From: Mobula hypostoma
Lineage: Eukaryota
Reading direction: 5' to 3'
Assembly (NCBI RefSeq): GCF_963921235.1
Contig: NC_086097.1
Location: 235,664,001 to 235,728,000, forward strand
Length of the DNA: 64,000 bases
The notes below the pieces were generated by a model, which searched no databases, had not been told where the DNA came from, and saw only the letters and a list, made by a program, of their open reading frames with translations. Below, piece by piece: positions 58,601-64,000 of this stretch (positions are counted from its first letter, which is position 1; every line of letters starts with the position of its first letter). A program made the translations under genes and the position numbers.

Positions 58601-59687
58601 TGTCATGGTCCGGTCCGTGAGATCCGCATTCCGGTTCACAGTCCAGTCCATGGATCCATATTCCAGGTTTTCTGGTTTTCCCTGGTTCCGTTGAGATACC
58701 CGATTCTCGTTTCACGCCAGAGATAAATACCTCTGCAAACCACGGATTGATTGCTGGACTGTTTCCCCTCTCGCTCCCCCATCCGAATCCCCGTCTGAAA
58801 CCTCGCCTGCAACTTTGTCAGTATCCCCGTCAGGTTCAACCGCCAGAGTGAGACTGGAGCCTTGCCATGCCAAGATAAGGAAATATCTGTGTCCCCGTGT
58901 TTAGTGTCCATGTCAAAGTAGAGTCCCGGCTCCAAGGAGAGGTCCCGGCTCTGTGTTCTGCGTTCCTGTGCCCAAGTCCAAGTCCAGGCGCCATGTTCCA
59001 GCCCTGTCCAAGTCTGAGCTTCCTGTCCTCATTCTGTTCTGGTTCCTCGCCCAGCCTGGTGCTGGAGATTCCTCATCCTCTGCTGGGCTACCTCATCCTG
59101 TCCTGTAGCCACATCCTGTCTGATGCACTATCAATTACTCCAAAAGACTGGAAGTAGAGTAAACACTGAAAGACTTTTATTAACAGTAAATGGACCAACA
59201 TCCATGCTGAATATCTGTCCTGGACTGAGGGAGGAGCGGTGACACAATCGCCTTTATTCAGGGGTCTGTGAGGGGAGCCACAGGAGCAGTCAGCAGAGGG
59301 GCGTGTCCAGGCAGGTAACCCAGTTACAACCTATATACATGGTTTACCACACTGTCCTTGTCAAGATCCTAGTCCTGAGTCCTAACCTGGACCCGGGTTC
59401 CAGTTTTAAGTCAAGACCCAGGTTCTGGGTCCTTGCTCAGGCTCTGGTTCCAGAGTTCCGTGTTCCTAGTCCAGGCTCCTTGTTCCTAATTCCACGTCCA
59501 GGTCCTGTATTTCTAGTCCAAGTCCTTGCCCAGGCCCTGAATCCTCATCTCGTCCAAGGCCTGTGTCCCTGACCAGCGTAGTTTCTTCCTGACTCATTTT
59601 GCTATCTCTATAACCCTAGTCCTGTTCCTAGTCCATCAGTGTCTGTGTCTTGCATTTGGGTCCACCATCAACACCCACCTTATAACA
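58601..59687 (+). mobile_element. Solo LTR family A copy 2 (diverged)
   Basis: TGTCATGGTCCGGTCCGTGA...TGCATTTGGGTCC...TATAACA; flanks GTGAC/GAGGC (decayed 5-bp TSD). Confidence 0.78.
59121..59351 (-). mobile_element. 231-bp solo LTR nested inside solo LTR A2
   Basis: Perfect 5-bp TSD CTGTC (59116-59120 and 59352-59356). Minus strand reads TGTGGTAAAC...AATAAA...AATAAA...GTGCATCA. Confidence 0.85.
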
Positions 59688-59690
59688 GAG

Positions 59691-60056
59691 GCACCCCAGC
59701 TGTATAAGACTTTTGCACGTTACTGCATGTAGCTTGGGTACCAGGACTATTGCACGGTATTGTACATAACTAGAGTGCTCTAAGACTTTTGCACAGTACT
59801 CTATGTAGTTTGGGTACCCAAGACTTTTGCACAGTACTGTGTATAGCTCAAGTGCCTGACTTTTGCACAGTATTGTATGTAGCTAGGGTGCCTAAGAATT
59901 TTGCACTATATATAGCAACAGTGCCTAAGAGTTTTGCACAGTACTGTATGTTGCTAGGGTGCCTGACTTTTCCACAATACTGTATATAGCTAGTGTGCCT
60001 GACTTTTGCAATGTACTGTATGTAGCTGGGGTGCCTAAGACTTTTGCACAGTACTC
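59691..60056 (+). repeat. Minisatellite, about 10 copies of a ~36-38 bp unit
   Basis: Consensus TATGTAGCTAGGGTGCCTAAGACTTTTGCACAGTACTG. Confidence 0.92.
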
Positions 60057-61063
60057 TACACTGCTAAACAATCCTATTTGTGTACTTTTTTAAAATCATT
60101 ATCTTCTAATGTGATTTGTTTCATTACTGATCACAACATTCAAAGCAGCCAACACTAGAGATTTGAGATAGTGCATTAAATTCTTGTTGATGAAGTTGTG
60201 TGGTAGTCTATAATGCAGCTATTCTATTCCAACAGCTAATGGCTTGATTTTACCATTCTATAATAAAAAGTGACCACCGACTGTGCAAAGCATGCTTGGC
60301 AGATAAATCTCCTTGACATCCTTTTATTGGTCATTAATCACAAATGGACATATTCAGAACTGCTTGCAATGTGATTTTAATCCATTGACCACAAGCTAAG
60401 GGATCACAAATTGCAGATCCAGAGCATTTCAAAGGACCGTTGAGGAGTTGAAGTGATGTAGAGCTTCAAATACTGCAAAAAGTGACTCGAGGGTCTCTGA
60501 TAGTATCAGGCAGAATGCCTTAAAGCAAAAGCTCAGTTGAATACTTAAAAAACACTAGCTGAATTCATGAAAGCATGAGAAAATGTTTATCAAAAAATAT
60601 GAAAAATATGAGAAATATATCAAAGCCAACAAACTCTTAATAACGTAAGTAATGTAACAAACAGCCCAGAATAGAACTTTGATACTACAATTGTTCAGAA
60701 GACCTGATATTTTGCCTTAAAGTCCCAAAAGTGCTAAATTATCAGAGTTTTACATATTAGTAATTCAGCGATAATTAAACAACATATCAGAAAGTAACAA
60801 TATTGTACAGAACTATTTTGTTCAATAATTTTATAGAAAATAAACTTGTTTTTTTCTGGTCCAGTTAAAAGTAACAGTAAAGTGGTTGATGACACCATCA
60901 CCCCCCCATCCCCCGGAAAGGTCCAAAATGTTGACTGCATATTTCCTCCATGGATGCTGCCTGACCTGCTGTGTTCCGCCAGCAAATGTGTTATACAAAT
61001 GAAATTCTTATACTCCTTGGAGGCTGGACCAACCTCTACTCTGAACTGATCAAAGTTTATTCT

Positions 61064-62686
61064 AGAAACATAGAAACAAAAAATCTACAGCACAATACAA
61101 GCCCTTCAGCCCAAAATACTGTGCCGAATATGTACTTACTTTAGAAATTATTTAGGGATACCCATAGCCCACTATTTTTCTAAGCTCCATGTACTTATCC
61201 AGGAGTCTCTTAAAAGACCCCATCATAACAGCCTCCACCACCACCACCGTCAGCCCATTCCACGCACTCACCATTCTCTGCATAAAAGACTACCCTCCTC
61301 TGTACATCTGCATGAAAGACTTACATCTCCTCTGTACCTACTTCCAAGCATCTCAAAACTGTGTCCTCTCATGTTAGCCATTTCAGCCCTGGGAAAAAGC
61401 CTCTGACTATCTACACGATCAATGTCTACCATCATCTTATACACCTGTACCAGGTCACTTCTCATCCTCCAACACTCCAAGGAGAAAAGGCCAAGTTCAC
61501 TCAACCTAGTCTCATAAGGCAACATCCTTGTAAATCTCCTCTGCACCATTTCTATAGTTTCCACATCCTTCCTGTAGTGAGGTGACCAAAACTGAGCACA
61601 GTACTCCAAGTGGGGTCCGACCAGGGTCCTATATAGCTGTAACATTACCTCTTGTCTCAAGCTCAATTCCACAGTTGATAAAGGCCAATGCACCAAATGC
61701 CTTCTTAACCACAGAATCAACCTGCACAGCAGTTTTGAGTGTCCTATGGACTTGGACTCCAAGATCCCTTTGATTCTCCACGCTGCAAAGAGTCTTGCCA
61801 TTAATACTATATTCTGCCATCATAGTTGACCTACCAAAATGAACCTCCTCACACTTAGCTGGGTTGAACTCCACCTGCCAATTCTCAGCCCAGTTTTGCA
61901 TCCTATCGATATCCCATTGTAGTCTCTGACCGCCCTCCACACTATCCACAACAGGGCTAACCTTTGTGTCATCTGCAAATTTACTAACCCATCCCTCCAC
62001 TTCTTCATCCAGGTCATTTATAAAAAACTCAAAGAGAAGGGGTCCCAGAACAGATCTCTGAGGCACACTACTGGTCACCAACCTCCATGCAGAATATCAC
62101 CTGTCTACAACTACTCTGTCTTCTGTGGGCAAGCCAATTCCGGATCCACGAAGGAAGGTGCTCCTGGATCCCATGCCTTACTTTCTAAATATGCCTTGCA
62201 TGGGATACATTGTCAAATGTCGTGCTGAAATCCATATTCACTACACCTATGGCTCTACCTTCATCAATGTGTTTAGTCACATTTTCAAACTATTCAATCA
62301 GGTTCACAAGGCACGACCTGTATTTGACAAATCCACGGTGACTATTCCTAATCATATTATGTCTCTCCATATGTTCATAAATCCTGTCTGTCAGGACATC
62401 TTCCATCAATTTACCAACCACTGAAGTAAGACTCACTGGTCTATAGTTTCCTGGGTATCTCTACTTCCTTTCTTGAATAACAGAACAACATCTGCAAACA
62501 TCCAATCCTCTGGAAACTCTCCCGACCCACTGATGATTCAAAGTTCATTGCCAGAGGCTTAGCAATCTCCCCCCTCGCTTCCCACAGTAGCTTGGGGTAC
62601 ATCTCGTCCGGTCCCAAAGTTTTATCCAACTTATGGTTTCCAAAAGCTCCAGCACATCCTCCTTCTTAATGTCTATATTCTAAAGC
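61064..62686 (-). mobile_element. CR1 LINE RT to 3' end, continuing beyond the LTR at 63884-64000
   Basis: ORFs 61629-62081, 61268-61801 and 62441-62629 on the minus strand (SVLGPLLF, KFADDTKV, HLEYCAQFWSPHYRKD); (TTTCTATG) tail. Confidence 0.93.
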
Positions 62687-63883
62687 TGTCATATGGGGGC
62701 GATGGGAGAAGACTCAAATGCAAGACACAGACACTGAAGTACTAGGAAAAGGACTTGACTAGAGAGCTGGGACAAGAACACAAACTTGGGCTAGGACATT
62801 GGCTAGGCAAGCGGGACCAGGACAAGGAACTGGGAACTAGGAACCTGGGCTTGGACTCTGAGCCGGAGACTGGACAAGGACCCAGAACCTGGGTCCTGAC
62901 TCGGGCTTGGACCCCAGAACTAGGCTCGGACATGACGTGGCTGCAGGACTGGACGTGGCTTGGGTTCAGACTCCAGACCAGAAACTGAACAAGGACCCAA
63001 GACCTGGGTCTTGACTCAGCTTGGAATCCGGAACTAGGTGAAAACATGACATGGTCTTGGGAGTCAGGACTAGGTGAGGCTACAAGACAGAATGAAAGAC
63101 TCCTGGGCAGGACGAGGGAACTCCAGCACAGGACAAGGGAACACGAAGCCTTGACTTGTTACTCAGGAACAGCCGAGTCTTGGACTTGGGACAACAGGAA
63201 CCTCAGAACCTTGGACTCAGGATAACAGGAACGCAGAACACAGACCCTTGGTCTTGGGGAGGACAGGAACACAGAGCCTTGGTCTAGAGAGACAAGAACA
63301 CAGAGCCTTGGTCTAGAGAGACAGGACCCCTCCTTGGGAACAGGACTTAGGGCCAGGACTCATACACAGAATGCTGATCATGACAAGACGGTTCCCAACA
63401 TTAGGTAGCGGCAAACGGCTGGACCTACCTAGCAAAGGCAAGGACAGTTCCAACTCAACGATAGATAGTTCCTTATCTTGACACAGAAGGGCTCCAGTCT
63501 CTCTCCAGTGGTAGAACTTGACAAGGTTGCAGGCAAAGGCTTCAGAAGGAAGGGGAAGGGAAGGGAACAGTCCAGCCTCAGGGTAACAGCAAAGACAGCC
63601 TGGCTTACCCAACAGATGCAAGGGCAGGAAAGGGCAGATCCAACCACAGGGTAACAGCAAAGACAGCCTGACTTACCCCACAGAGGCAAGTTCAGGATAC
63701 TAACAAGACAAACCAGCACCCACACGCGAACCCAGGGCCTTTTATATTCCCAGCCCCAAGGCGAGCATCAGGTGCCTATGATTAAGCCCAACTGAAACAA
63801 GGGACAGCCGGAAGATCCGGAGTCCGGAGTCCACGGACTGGACCGTGAACCGGAACATGGACTTTACGGACCGGACCATGACA
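62687..63883 (-). mobile_element. Solo LTR family A copy 3, inserted in CR1
   Basis: Reverse complement starts TGTCATGGTCCGGTCCGTAAAGTCC and ends ATATGACA; flanks AAAGC/GAAGC (4/5 TSD); ~26-bp internal tandem repeats at ~63140-63325. Confidence 0.82.
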
Positions 63884-64000
63884 GAAGCTTTTCAATCTGC
63901 TGTAGTTCATCCCTACAATTGCCACACTTGATTGGTCCTATTCTCTCACACCTTATCCTGTTGCTCGTCACGTACTTGTAGAATACATTGGGGTTTTCTT

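Larger units (their letters stand above)
58187..60056 (+). mobile_element. Composite MITE-like element, copy 3, interrupted by a solo LTR and ending in a minisatellite
   Basis: TA|CAGTACTGTGCAAAGGTTTTAGG start and ...GACTTTTGCACAGTACTC|TA end. Confidence 0.7.

Noticed and set aside
59691..60056. CRISPR-like array (~37-bp repeats)
   Set aside because: Units are contiguous with no unique spacers, the context is eukaryotic, there are no cas genes, and the unit matches a MITE TIR.
1729..63883. Inverted LTR-A copies near both window ends as TIRs of one giant element
   Set aside because: Each copy has its own 5-bp TSD and interrupts a different CR1, and a third copy lies between them, so these are independent insertions.

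Overview
This is eukaryotic, vertebrate, intergenic or intronic DNA, not prokaryotic. By eye roughly three quarters of it is transposable-element debris. The CR1/Rex1/Penelope/V-SINE mix suggests a cartilaginous fish such as a ray or shark (inference). No host protein-coding gene, rRNA, tRNA gene or CRISPR array can be supported; most listed ORFs are retrotransposon fragments or antisense shadows. Contents: about 20 CR1 LINE fragments, including one young family with a (TTTCTATG)n tail; a 4.6 kb 5'-truncated L1 with a 14-bp TSD; Rex1/Babar and RTE fragments; Penelope-like elements (PLE); three ~1.1-1.2 kb solo LTRs and two short solo LTRs; a Sleeping Beauty-like Tc1 end; Tigger, hAT and Chapaev-like remnants; MITEs and SINEs. 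Highlights: (1) a dispersed family of minimal hammerhead-ribozyme motifs in PLE termini and in short PLE-derived insertions; (2) a candidate decayed HDV-like ribozyme at the 5' end of a non-autonomous retroelement; (3) a Sleeping Beauty-like transposase end with IR/DR (horizontal-transfer candidate); (4) two near-perfect fold-back palindromes at TE junctions; (5) a MITE terminus amplified into a minisatellite; (6) a microhomology-bounded inversion inside a hAT transposase. Boundaries of old, degraded fragments are approximate, and family names come from recognised motifs, not database searches.
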